A program made the translations under genes and the position numbers. The notes beneath the pieces are model-generated. The model was given only the letters and a program-made list of their open reading frames with translations. It had not been told where the DNA came from and searched no databases. Below, in pieces: positions 47,586 to 55,852 of a stretch of DNA of 64,000 nt (its first letter is position 1; each line of letters opens with the position of its first letter). This DNA comes from Candidatus Pacearchaeota archaeon. Its GTDB lineage: Archaea; Nanobdellota; Nanobdellia; Pacearchaeales; GW2011-AR1. The DNA lies in NCBI GenBank assembly GCA_050303855.1, contig JBNLCO010000010.1, positions 124,093 to 188,092 of the forward strand, read 5' to 3'.

Positions 47586-48980
47586 CTACCCTCTATTTCT
47601 TCTCCGAGAATAAATTATACCCACAAAATAAATTAGTCTGCTTGCTATCGTAGCGAAACAAGCTCCAAGTACTGCTTGAAACATTCCAGGGGGACCAAAG
47701 AAGCCATGATTTAAACCATAAGTTATTCCGAAATAGTTAAACCCAATATTAAAAATTGTACTTACGATTAGAAGCTTTGCAATTACACTTGTTTTCTTTT
47801 GTGAAATCATATAGTTATCGTATATTCCTGAAATCGGAAGTAAGAAAATTATAGCCGCTAGAAGTTTTAGGATAGGAACGGCTGTCAGATATTCTGAACC
47901 ATAAGCAATTTTAACAACATAATAAGCGATAAAATAAGTTATTATTGCAGATAAAAATGCGATTAGGAAAGTTATATTTCTAGATTTCTTAAATAATCTT
48001 TCTAGAGATCTACCTTCAAGTTTAGCAAATAAAGGGAATAGTGCTGCAGCAGTAAAACCGATTATTGCTGTGGCAGAACCCACCAAACTAAATGCTGCCC
48101 CATAATATGCTATAAATTCTTCTGAAACAAAATGTCCAAGCATAAGAGTATCAATATATCCAAAAAACACTCCCGAAAGGGCTGTGACCGTTAAAGGGAG
48201 AAGGAATTTCTTTACTTCTTTTACTTCTTGTTTATCTAATTTTCCAGCTTTCCCTTTTACGAAAGAGACTTTCTTCCTTGCCATGAGGGCAAATATGAAG
48301 AGACTAATTGCATAACAAATCGTTAAAGAAAGTAAAACAAGTGCTACAACGGTTCCATTTGATAAACTTGTCTTTAGCAAGAACAAAATAGTCAAAGGAA
48401 CAATTGTCAATCTTAGGGTCTGAAATATTATTTCCTTTACAAGAGGCATCTTGAAATTATTTGTTGCTTTAAAAGACTGCTCAAAGAAATTTAGGAATCC
48501 TACAATTGGTATATAAAGGCCTCCTACCAGCAAAGCATAGAATATTGGTTTGTTATAATATCCATTTGCAACAAAATAAGCACTTGCTAGGAGAACTAAG
48601 GAGCACACTGTGGTTAAAACAAATTTCCATCTTAATAAGGTTCTGAAATATTTTTTAGCTTTTTCTAGATCTTTTCTTCCAAGAACTTTAGAAATAAACG
48701 TGACAACGCCTGTTGATATCCCAAAATCAGAAAATGCAGAAAACAAAACAATTGTGGATAGTGCAAGTGAATAAAGGCCCATTCTCTCTGGCATAAGTAG
48801 TCTTGCAACGATTATTGTGAAAAAAAGTGATCCAAACTTAATTGTCAAATTTTCTGCTAATTGGTAACTAGAATTCTTTATAGCTTGTCCAGTGTTTCCT
48901 GAAAAATCTCTCTTCTTAAAACGCCTGAAAACATTTCTCGCATCTCCTTCTTCCTTTTCTAAAAAATCATCCATGAACAA
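47586..48980 (-). CDS. MOP-superfamily polysaccharide/oligosaccharide flippase (Wzx-like)
   Basis: 464 aa, ~12-14 TM, typical PST-family layout. Adjacent to GTs. Confidence 0.65.
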   Translation of the reverse strand: MFMDDFLEKEEGDARNVFRRFKKRDFSGNTGQAIKNSSYQLAENLTIKFGSLFFTIIVARLLMPERMGLYSLALSTIVLFSAFSDFGISTGVVTFISKVLGRKDLEKAKKYFRTLLRWKFVLTTVCSLVLLASAYFVANGYYNKPIFYALLVGGLYIPIVGFLNFFEQSFKATNNFKMPLVKEIIFQTLRLTIVPLTILFLLKTSLSNGTVVALVLLSLTICYAISLFIFALMARKKVSFVKGKAGKLDKQEVKEVKKFLLPLTVTALSGVFFGYIDTLMLGHFVSEEFIAYYGAAFSLVGSATAIIGFTAAALFPLFAKLEGRSLERLFKKSRNITFLIAFLSAIITYFIAYYVVKIAYGSEYLTAVPILKLLAAIIFLLPISGIYDNYMISQKKTSVIAKLLIVSTIFNIGFNYFGITYGLNHGFFGPPGMFQAVLGACFATIASRLIYFVGIIYSRRRNRG

Positions 48981-49024
48981 CGAAGGAGGATTTTATTTTT
49001 ATATATATTGGATTTAAAGAAATC

Positions 49025-50542
49025 TTAATCTTTATGAATCTTTTTTATTATCTCGCCAAATGCAGGTCTTGTAATGAAAACCCCTACAGAAATACCAATT
49101 ATTGTTGTTATTGCGAACCCTTTTAATAAACCTGCTCCAGCCCACATTAGAGGAAGTAGTGAAACCAATGCGGTGAAATAAGCTCCCATAATTATTGCAA
49201 ATGCCCTTTTCAACCTTTGCTTGAGGCTCATAACCGTCTTGTTTCTAGATTCGTCAAGCAAAACAATTTGATCATCAAATCCTGTACCAATTGTAGCCAG
49301 TATTCCCGCAATTCCCGCTAAATCTATGTTCCAATCTATTAAAGAAGCTATCCCTAAAATAATTATAATTTCTGAAAAACTAACCACAACTAGAGCTATT
49401 GAAGACTTAAAATCACGGTATCTAATGAACACCACAATTGATGCTGCTATAAGTGCGGCTATTCCAGCAAGCATGATGAATTTTATGAAATTATTTCCAA
49501 GGGTGGGAGATATTGTATCAAGCTTTACAATTTCTAATTGGTAAGGCAAGCTACCTGTTATTAAAACTGTTTTAAGTCTATTCATTTCTGCCTGAGCGTT
49601 GTCGTATGCTTCTTCGATAGTTGCCCCTGATTCTGAACCCGAAATAGAAATTCTTGTTTCTAATTGGCCTTTAAGTCCTGTACTAATTTGTAAGCTACTT
49701 ACAAGAGAATCATCAACATAAAGGTCAAGTGATTCTTCCAAATAAGTTGGATTGGAATCATTTGATGAAAGATTAGACGTTACTTTTGCGAATTTCTTTG
49801 CTGCTTCTGGGCTTAGAGTTATTCCGAATTGGAAACTACAAACTGGATCGTTGGTAGGGCAGGACACATAAGACTCTTGGGCATTGTTACTTACGGAAGC
49901 TATATCTTTATCCCCTCCAATAAATACAATTTCATCCCCGATTTTGGCTTCAAATTTACCTTGATTTTCGATTAGATCTTTCAAGTCTTTAGGGGTAGAT
50001 CCTGCAATCTCTATTAACATGAAATAATTCCCATCCAAATCTCTTACTGGGCTTACCTTAACATCGGATAAACCATATACGTTTAATCTGTTTGTTGTAA
50101 TTGAAACCAAATCGCTTATTTCTTCTGAATTTAATTCTTGCCCTTTAGCTTTGATTAACGCTCTTGCCCCTCCTGATAAATCCAACCCAGTTTTTATAGA
50201 AGTTTTGGGTATTTGGGCAACGGTTATTTCAGGGGCTGAACTAGAATAATAAATTATCTCTGAACCCTTTGTTTGAAAAACCATTTTTGTGTTTCCATTC
50301 AAGAATTTCCCTTGCAAATAATTTGAGAAATCTGAAAGGTTTTCTATTTTTACATTGTCAATAGAAGTTATTATTTGTCCTTGCCGGAATCCTTGGTCAA
50401 AAGCGGTAGAATTGGCTTCTACGCTAGTAACCAAAACTCCTTTTTGTAAAATGGTAAAACCATTTGATGAAACGAAAATAGACAATAAGGAGATCAAAAT
50501 TAGGATTAACCAGATCCAAGTCTTAATTCCAAGTTTCTTCAT
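49025..50542 (-). CDS. secD: protein-export membrane protein SecD
   Basis: 505 aa, large extracytoplasmic domain with TGLDLSGGARAL motif, C-terminal 6-TM RND-like bundle. Confidence 0.8.
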   Translation of the reverse strand: MKKLGIKTWIWLILILISLLSIFVSSNGFTILQKGVLVTSVEANSTAFDQGFRQGQIITSIDNVKIENLSDFSNYLQGKFLNGNTKMVFQTKGSEIIYYSSSAPEITVAQIPKTSIKTGLDLSGGARALIKAKGQELNSEEISDLVSITTNRLNVYGLSDVKVSPVRDLDGNYFMLIEIAGSTPKDLKDLIENQGKFEAKIGDEIVFIGGDKDIASVSNNAQESYVSCPTNDPVCSFQFGITLSPEAAKKFAKVTSNLSSNDSNPTYLEESLDLYVDDSLVSSLQISTGLKGQLETRISISGSESGATIEEAYDNAQAEMNRLKTVLITGSLPYQLEIVKLDTISPTLGNNFIKFIMLAGIAALIAASIVVFIRYRDFKSSIALVVVSFSEIIIILGIASLIDWNIDLAGIAGILATIGTGFDDQIVLLDESRNKTVMSLKQRLKRAFAIIMGAYFTALVSLLPLMWAGAGLLKGFAITTIIGISVGVFITRPAFGEIIKKIHKD

Positions 50543-51432
50543 CTTGAACCTCCGTGTTTTTTATGGAAGTACCACTTAAGTATTGAAACATTGGTGATCC
50601 AAGTGTTTATCATATCAAAGAATAATCCTATTACAAGGATTGTGAAAATTTGAGTTAAAATTTCTGAGAAAGATGAGGCAACAAACAGAGCTATTGCCAT
50701 AGCAAAAAATGAAGTTAAAGTCATAGTCATACCGGTCTTAAAAGCCCCAGATATTCTTTCGTTTAGAGAGCCTTCGTGACGTTTCAATACTCTGTTTGTA
50801 AGAAGGATATCCGTATCCACAGAATAACCAATAAGCATAAGCAAAGCAATTATTCCTGCGCTAGACATCTTTATTCCAAAGAGATTTATTGCAACAAGGG
50901 TTAACAGGATATCTGCAAAAGCAGAAATTATAACTGCTCCTGAAGGAATTAGATCTTTGAAAATTATGAAAACAACTATTGCCATAAATAAGAATGCTAC
51001 AAGAACTGCAATTATCAATTGCTTATAGAAACTTTCACCAAAAGAAGATCCTGTTGAAATTATGTCTGAATTCTCTCCAGATATTAATTCGTAACCCAAG
51101 AATGTCTCTAATTCGGCTTTAGCTGTGTCAACATCTGAAGTAGTTTCTATTGTGAGGGCTATTTGCTCTTGAGTTAGAAGATCAGAGATTTCTCTTACTG
51201 CGAGATTATCCAATTTTGGTTCTAGAGCTAAGGTTAATTCGGAAGCGGATATTTTATCATAAACAGTTATTGAAGTTCCCCCTGTAAGGGAGATATCTTT
51301 CTCAAAGAATGCTCCGTGGTTTGAATTATAAACTCCAAGATAAACTAGTGAAAATAGGATTAAAACTGCAGGGATAATTAGCAAATATTTGTAAGATTTA
51401 TCATGCCAGTGTTTTTTTGTTGATTCTTCCAT
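50539..51432 (-). CDS. secF: protein-export membrane protein SecF
   Basis: 297 aa, ..DISLTGGTSITV.. motif. Overlaps the secD start. Confidence 0.8.
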   Translation of the reverse strand: MEESTKKHWHDKSYKYLLIIPAVLILFSLVYLGVYNSNHGAFFEKDISLTGGTSITVYDKISASELTLALEPKLDNLAVREISDLLTQEQIALTIETTSDVDTAKAELETFLGYELISGENSDIISTGSSFGESFYKQLIIAVLVAFLFMAIVVFIIFKDLIPSGAVIISAFADILLTLVAINLFGIKMSSAGIIALLMLIGYSVDTDILLTNRVLKRHEGSLNERISGAFKTGMTMTLTSFFAMAIALFVASSFSEILTQIFTILVIGLFFDMINTWITNVSILKWYFHKKHGGSR

Positions 51433-51443
51433 TTGAAATTCTA

Positions 51444-51531
51444 TGCGCGGACCGGGGATCGAACCCGGATCAACTGGTCTCTTCAGACAACCTGTGGAAG
51501 CCAGTTATTCTAACCATTAAACTATCCACGC
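51444..51531 (-). tRNA. tRNA-Gly (anticodon UCC) with a 16-nt canonical intron between positions 37/38
   Basis: Reverse-complement folds into a cloverleaf. Acceptor GCGUGGA/UCCGCGC, discriminator A. T-arm CCGGG-UUCGAUC-CCCGG. Anticodon stem ACUGG/CCAGU enclosing CUUCCA|CAGGUUGUCUGAAGAG|A. Confidence 0.8.
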
Positions 51532-51891
51532 CTATTTATCTATATTGTGGGTGTGTTTTAAAGGTTTTTGCTTTTCCCAATGTAATTTTCTATGGCAGTT
51601 GGCACAAAGCACTTTGCATTTTTTAATCTCATGAAGTATCCTCTTAATTGAATATCCTTCGGAAACCATCTTGGCAACTTCCATTTCTTTATCATCCCTT
51701 TGGTGATGAAAATCTATTGTGGCGGGATGGTTTTCTTTGCAAATTGTGCAACCCAAACTATCCTTATAGTTGCGAAACCAGGATTTTATTTCTTTTTTCC
51801 TTCTTGCCACGTGCTTTATCTCTGATTCCTTATTTTTGCTGTACCAATTTTTCCGATACTCCAATCTTTTTTTACGGTCTTTGAAGGGCAT
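51532..51891 (-). CDS. HNH endonuclease-family protein (small, standalone)
   Basis: ..CTICKENHPATIDFHHQRDDKE...KVLCANCHRKLH is an HNH zinc-finger nuclease motif. The gene abuts tRNA-Gly and lies between two tRNA genes. Confidence 0.55.
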   Translation of the reverse strand: MPFKDRKKRLEYRKNWYSKNKESEIKHVARRKKEIKSWFRNYKDSLGCTICKENHPATIDFHHQRDDKEMEVAKMVSEGYSIKRILHEIKKCKVLCANCHRKLHWEKQKPLKHTHNIDK

Positions 51892-51945
51892 ATAAATTTC
51901 AGGATTTAAACCATTATAAAAGGTTGTAACCTCTTAAGAATAAAA

Positions 51946-52021
51946 CGCCCGAGACAGGATTTGAACCTGCGACCTATTCCTTAGGAGGGAATCGCTCTAA
52001 TCCAGGCTGAGCTACCCGGGC
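51946..52021 (-). tRNA. tRNA-Arg (anticodon CCU)
   Basis: 76-nt cloverleaf on minus strand. Acceptor GCCCGGG/CUCGGGC. Anticodon loop CUCCUAA. T-arm GCAGG-UUCAAAU-CCUGU. Confidence 0.85.
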
Positions 52022-52104
52022 AATTGTTCTCAGAACAAGAAAAGGAGATTTAAATGTTATGCAAGGAACTAAATCTTTAATAATAAGGCTTTAGATGCGA
52101 AATA

Positions 52105-52920
52105 ATGGTTACAAAGAACATCATATCTGACTATGAAATTGAAAAAGGTAGGAAAGTTCTTGAAAACCACCTTGTTTACCCTTTAACAAAAGAAGGAGCA
52201 TTTGAATCAGGATTGTGGTGCATAAGCAGTCAGGCAACACCTTGGGAAATGGCCTCCAACATAATCTATAAACTTAGGGAAAATTCTTATCCAGGAGACC
52301 CTCATGCAAAAAAGAAGATTTCTCGGATGGAAACTCTTAAGGATGTAGGAGAAGTTAACAAGTCTGCTAAAGAAGCGGGATGGAGGTTTGCAAAGGGAAA
52401 TAGATTCAACGATTTTATTAATTATTTCTCAAAAGAGGAAATATCTTCAAAGGACTGGCACTATGAAGTTAGAGATGCCAATAATGAATATAGAAAACAA
52501 ATTGTGAAGGATGTTGGGTGGCTAGGCTTGAAGACTTTCTCATTTTGGAACATCTGTTTGGGAGGAAAAGATTTTCTTGCATTAGATGTATGGATTCTAA
52601 AAGATCTTAAGAAATTAGGTTTAGATATAAAAGAGGAATATGTTGTAGCTCAGAGTAGGAATGTGGGAAAACAAAAAGTAAGGAAGACCCCTAGGGAAAA
52701 AGAATATTGTAAGGTAGAAAACGAAGCAAGAGAATTATTTTCTAAAGATAAAAGATTCCTACAAGAAGATGGAAAGGTCGACCTTGCTTTAGTAGATAGT
52801 GTTTTATGGTGGAGAGGTGCAAACAGAGGTACTTTGTATCAGCAGTCTCTTTTTGAAGAAGAAGTACTTTTAGAAATGCCTTATCAAAATATGCGGAGAA
52901 CAGGATTCGAACCTGCGTAG
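52105..52920 (+). CDS. Ogg2-type 8-oxoguanine DNA glycosylase-like (HhH-GPD) protein with ~130-aa N-terminal extension
   Basis: ..VKDVGWLGLKTFSFWNICLGGKDFLALDVWILKDL.. parallels the archaeal Ogg2 catalytic-Lys and helix-hairpin-helix region. The last ~10 codons overlap tRNA-Leu on the other strand. Confidence 0.45.
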   Translation: MVTKNIISDYEIEKGRKVLENHLVYPLTKEGAFESGLWCISSQATPWEMASNIIYKLRENSYPGDPHAKKKISRMETLKDVGEVNKSAKEAGWRFAKGNRFNDFINYFSKEEISSKDWHYEVRDANNEYRKQIVKDVGWLGLKTFSFWNICLGGKDFLALDVWILKDLKKLGLDIKEEYVVAQSRNVGKQKVRKTPREKEYCKVENEARELFSKDKRFLQEDGKVDLALVDSVLWWRGANRGTLYQQSLFEEEVLLEMPYQNMRRTGFEPA

Positions 52921-52975
52921 GCACTAAGCCATAAGAGCCTTAATCTTACCCATTTGACCACTCTGGCATCTCCGC
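52892..52975 (-). tRNA. tRNA-Leu (class II, long variable arm); anticodon reads AAG by hand-folding
   Basis: 84 nt. Acceptor GCGGAGA/UCUCCGC, discriminator A. T-loop UUCGAAU. Anticodon stem UAAGA/UCUUA, loop UUAAGGC. Confidence 0.7.
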
Positions 52976-53075
52976 ATAAGCACAGAAAAACAAACTTCAG
53001 ACCCTATAAAAAAGTTTGGAATGTGGTCTGTAAAGACATAAATGTTTTTAAAATTGGGAGGGTTTGATAAAACCA

Positions 53076-53230
53076 TGACAGATGAATTAGTTCTTAAAAT
53101 GGCGGTTATTGCAGGTGCGTCAAACGCTCTTAAGTTAAAAGAGAAGAATCCTAGTTGGAATGATGATAAAATATTCCAGAAGATCAACGATCAAATTCTT
53201 GAGATTTTAAGCAAACTCGATAGAGAATAA
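53076..53230 (+). CDS. hypothetical small protein (51 aa from the ATG at 53076)
   Basis: Short ORF between tRNA-Leu and the 5S gene. GGGAGGG purine tract ~12 nt upstream of the ATG. Weak support. Confidence 0.2.
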
Positions 53231-53235
53231 AAAGG

Positions 53236-53243
53236 TTTAAATA
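53236..53243 (+). promoter_or_regulatory. candidate TATA box for the 5S rRNA gene
   Basis: TTTAAATA centred ~27 nt upstream of the predicted 5S 5' end. Confidence 0.3.
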
Positions 53244-53264
53244 GCCCTTATTTCTTGAAAAATT

Positions 53265-53379
53265 AAGACGGCCATAGTAGCGATGGTTCCACCTGGTCTC
53301 TTTCCGAACCCAGAAGTTAAGCATCCTACGTTGTTACCGGTACTGTCCTGCAAGATGGGAAAGTAACAAGCTGTCCTAC
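53265..53379 (+). rRNA. rrf: 5S ribosomal RNA (unlinked copy)
   Basis: GACGGCCAUAGUAGCG...CCUGGUCUCUUUCCGAACCCAGAAGUUAAGC...GUACUGUCCUGCAAGAUGGGAAAGU...GCUGUC matches the archaeal 5S consensus. Helix I pairing between 53267-72 and 53370-75. Confidence 0.8.
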
Positions 53380-54119
53380 TTTTTTTTATAGAATTTATTT
53401 AATATTTGAACATATTCTTTATTTATTCCTTCTAACCTAAAAATGACTACTTTCTTGAACCCAGATTTTTTTACAAAGTTCAGATCTTTTTCTAAATTCT
53501 CTGGAGAGAGGATTGGTTCGTTTCCAAGAATCCCTATCGCAATTGTCCCGAGAGATATAGAATGGTTCTCTTTATTTCTCAGCCCCATTAAATTAGATTT
53601 AACCCTTTTATTAAAAGCTCTTGGAAACATACTTGAATACCACATTATGCTCCGCTCATAATTGAGATTATAATTTAACCCAATTAACTTCATAAATTTT
53701 GAAACAAATGCGAAGGGATATTCTGCGGTAGTTACTCTTTCCTTGTTGTTCTTCAAGAATTCTAGGATAAGCTTTTTGTTTTTCTTAAAGTGAAAAATAT
53801 TTCTAAAGTACATCTTCCATTTATTTCTTAGAGGCAGCTCCAGATCAATAAGAAGATGATTTTTTATGGAATTTAATTCATGGAATAATTCCTTAAGATC
53901 TTCTGTGTTGGAAAATGGAGAAATCCAATAAGAATTTTTTACAATAGGCCAATATGCTACTTCAAGATCTTTTTTGTAAGACTTAGCTATCTTTTCGTAT
54001 TTTTGGAATTCATTAATTGATTTAGAAGCAATAAATATTTTTGTTGGATATTTTATTAATTTTAGTTTAGAAAGATTTTCTTCATTTGGAAATTCTTCAT
54101 AAAATTCTATCTCCATCAA
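53376..54119 (-). CDS. hypothetical protein (247 aa, K-rich, no recognised domain)
   Basis: Long ORF with coding-like composition. Its 3' end abuts the 5S gene on the opposite strand. Confidence 0.4.
   Translation of the reverse strand: MMEIEFYEEFPNEENLSKLKLIKYPTKIFIASKSINEFQKYEKIAKSYKKDLEVAYWPIVKNSYWISPFSNTEDLKELFHELNSIKNHLLIDLELPLRNKWKMYFRNIFHFKKNKKLILEFLKNNKERVTTAEYPFAFVSKFMKLIGLNYNLNYERSIMWYSSMFPRAFNKRVKSNLMGLRNKENHSISLGTIAIGILGNEPILSPENLEKDLNFVKKSGFKKVVIFRLEGINKEYVQILNKFYKKK
53380..53390 (+). terminator. oligo-T archaeal transcription terminator after the 5S gene
   Basis: Run of 9 T immediately following the 5S 3' end. Confidence 0.4.
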
Positions 54120-54146
54120 TTAATATAAATAAAGAAGCTCTTAAAA

Positions 54147-54347
54147 TTAACTCTTCTTGAACTTAGAAATAATTTCAATTGTATCTGTTTGACCTAAGAA
54201 GATTGATCTGCAACACATTCTTTCAAGACCTAATTCATCTAGAACTTTTTTTGGGTTCTCACTATTTTCTTGTGTTCTCTTTTTGAACTCTTCCCACAAG
54301 TGACCAAGAGGCTTTCCACAACTCATACATCTTACTGGAACTATCAT
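54147..54347 (-). CDS. rpoN: DNA-directed RNA polymerase subunit N (Rpb10)
   Basis: MIVPVRCMSCGKPLGHLWEEF...LDELGLERMCCRSIFL matches the RpoN zinc-bundle signature. Confidence 0.8.
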   Translation of the reverse strand: MIVPVRCMSCGKPLGHLWEEFKKRTQENSENPKKVLDELGLERMCCRSIFLGQTDTIEIISKFKKS

Positions 54348-54465
54348 GATATTAAAGACAATTGGCTATTTTTAAAGCTTTTGATGTAAGAAATATTCTG
54401 ATTTATACAAATCTTTAAAAAGAAATTTTCTCTAAGAATTTGATTAATCAAAAAAAGGTGTGCTA

Positions 54466-54663
54466 ATGTCAAAAAAGTGTATTTATTGTAAATCTGAGAT
54501 ACCTGATGAATCCGTAATAGATTTCTGCAATAGGTGTGGAGTTAGTGTCTGGGGAGAAAAGATGTTTGAAGCGATAGTTAAGAATATGGAAGATGCGAGA
54601 GATAACGACGATCTCTGCAGAACAAATATGAACCCGGATCAGATTGGAGAAACTCCAAGATAA
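54466..54663 (+). CDS. small zinc-ribbon protein
   Basis: CxxC...CxxC pairs (CIYCKSE...CNRCG) in a 65-aa ORF. Start taken at the second Met. Confidence 0.35.
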   Translation: MSKKCIYCKSEIPDESVIDFCNRCGVSVWGEKMFEAIVKNMEDARDNDDLCRTNMNPDQIGETPR

Positions 54664-54706
54664 AACAAAAGGATAGTTTTTTAAAGAGAATATTTCTGGA
54701 TATTTT

Positions 54707-54961
54707 ATGGCAAACAAGAAACCAATAAGGACAAGAGGAAAAATAAGCCTTAGTAGATACTTTAGAAGATATAATGATGGAGATAGAGTATCTATTGTTG
54801 AAGAAAGATCTGTTCCAAAGAATTTTCCTGGGAGATTACAAGGTAGGACAGGGATAGTGGAAGGAAAACAAGGAAGGTCTTATAGGGTGAAATTGAAGGA
54901 TCAGAACAAGGAAAAAGTATATCTTGTGCAATCAGCACATTTAAAAAAAATAAAAAACTAA
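54707..54961 (+). CDS. rpl21e: 50S ribosomal protein L21e
   Basis: ..RTRGKISLSRYFRRYNDGDRVSIV...GRTGIVEG.. is the eL21 pattern. Confidence 0.8.
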   Translation: MANKKPIRTRGKISLSRYFRRYNDGDRVSIVEERSVPKNFPGRLQGRTGIVEGKQGRSYRVKLKDQNKEKVYLVQSAHLKKIKN

Positions 54962-54968
54962 TTATAAA

Positions 54969-55274
54969 ATGATAAAAAGCTCACAACAACTAAGTACGCC
55001 AGAAGCAATGGAATATGTAGATGGTAAAAGCGAACAAGGTGCAAAAGTACTAGCTTTTGCTAAGAAGTTTGGAGCAATAAACCCAAAGAAAGCTAATGAA
55101 ATGAGAGAGAAACTATTGGAAGTTAACTCTATAAAAATAAATGAGGGGCATATAGCTAAGATAATTGAGTTTATGCCTGAGAATTCTGAAGAAGTGAATA
55201 AGATATTCACTGAATTAAGTTTGGAAGAAGATGAAAAGAATAAAATACTTGACATCGTCAACCAGTTCAAATAA
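54969..55274 (+). CDS. rpoF: DNA-directed RNA polymerase subunit F (Rpb4-like)
   Basis: ~100-aa helical protein at the conserved position between rpl21e and the DUF655 gene. Confidence 0.5.
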   Translation: MIKSSQQLSTPEAMEYVDGKSEQGAKVLAFAKKFGAINPKKANEMREKLLEVNSIKINEGHIAKIIEFMPENSEEVNKIFTELSLEEDEKNKILDIVNQFK

Positions 55275-55311
55275 AGGGACCAAAATCTTATATCAAGAGC
55301 GAGGAAATTAA

Positions 55312-55851
55312 ATGGCAAAAGAAGAAAAAGCAATAATTTTAGAATATTTACCTAACGGATATCCCCTATCAAAGAAGATGTTGCCAGTTGCACAGGCAAT
55401 AGGGGAGAATAACTTGACACTTTTAGAGCTTGTTCCAAGAAAAGGCGTTGGCTTAGAACTGGGAGAGGAAGTTTACATTGGAGAAGGTAAAAGAGATAAA
55501 ATATACTATATTTTGGGCAGATTACATAGAGAAAAGCTTACAGAAACTGCTAAGAATCAATTAGAAGAATTTATAAAGGGTGTTGTCAAGAAAAGAGAGA
55601 AGGAATTTGTAGAATTCTTCAATAAGGCAGATGCCATAAACAAAAGAATTCATCAGATTGAACTTCTTCCTGGTATGGGAAAAAAACATATGCAGGAGAT
55701 ATTAAAGCAAAGAAAGGAAAAGGATTTTGAGTCCTTTGACGACATGAAGGCGAGAGTACCTAACCTCCCTGACCCTGAAAAAGCCGTCGAAAAGAGAATT
55801 TTTCAGGAGTTAACGAATTTGGAAAGGTACAACTTGTTTACAGGAAACTAA
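55312..55851 (+). CDS. DUF655 (COG1491) predicted RNA/nucleic-acid-binding protein
   Basis: ..AIILEYLPNGYP.. N-terminal OB region and C-terminal HhH-like region. Conserved archaeal neighbour of rpl21e-rpoF. Confidence 0.7.
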   Translation: MAKEEKAIILEYLPNGYPLSKKMLPVAQAIGENNLTLLELVPRKGVGLELGEEVYIGEGKRDKIYYILGRLHREKLTETAKNQLEEFIKGVVKKREKEFVEFFNKADAINKRIHQIELLPGMGKKHMQEILKQRKEKDFESFDDMKARVPNLPDPEKAVEKRIFQELTNLERYNLFTGN

Positions 55852-55852
55852 G

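Noticed and set aside
52924-53187. 87-aa minus-strand ORF
   Set aside because: Its 3' portion is the tRNA-Leu sequence itself. Explained by RNA gene.
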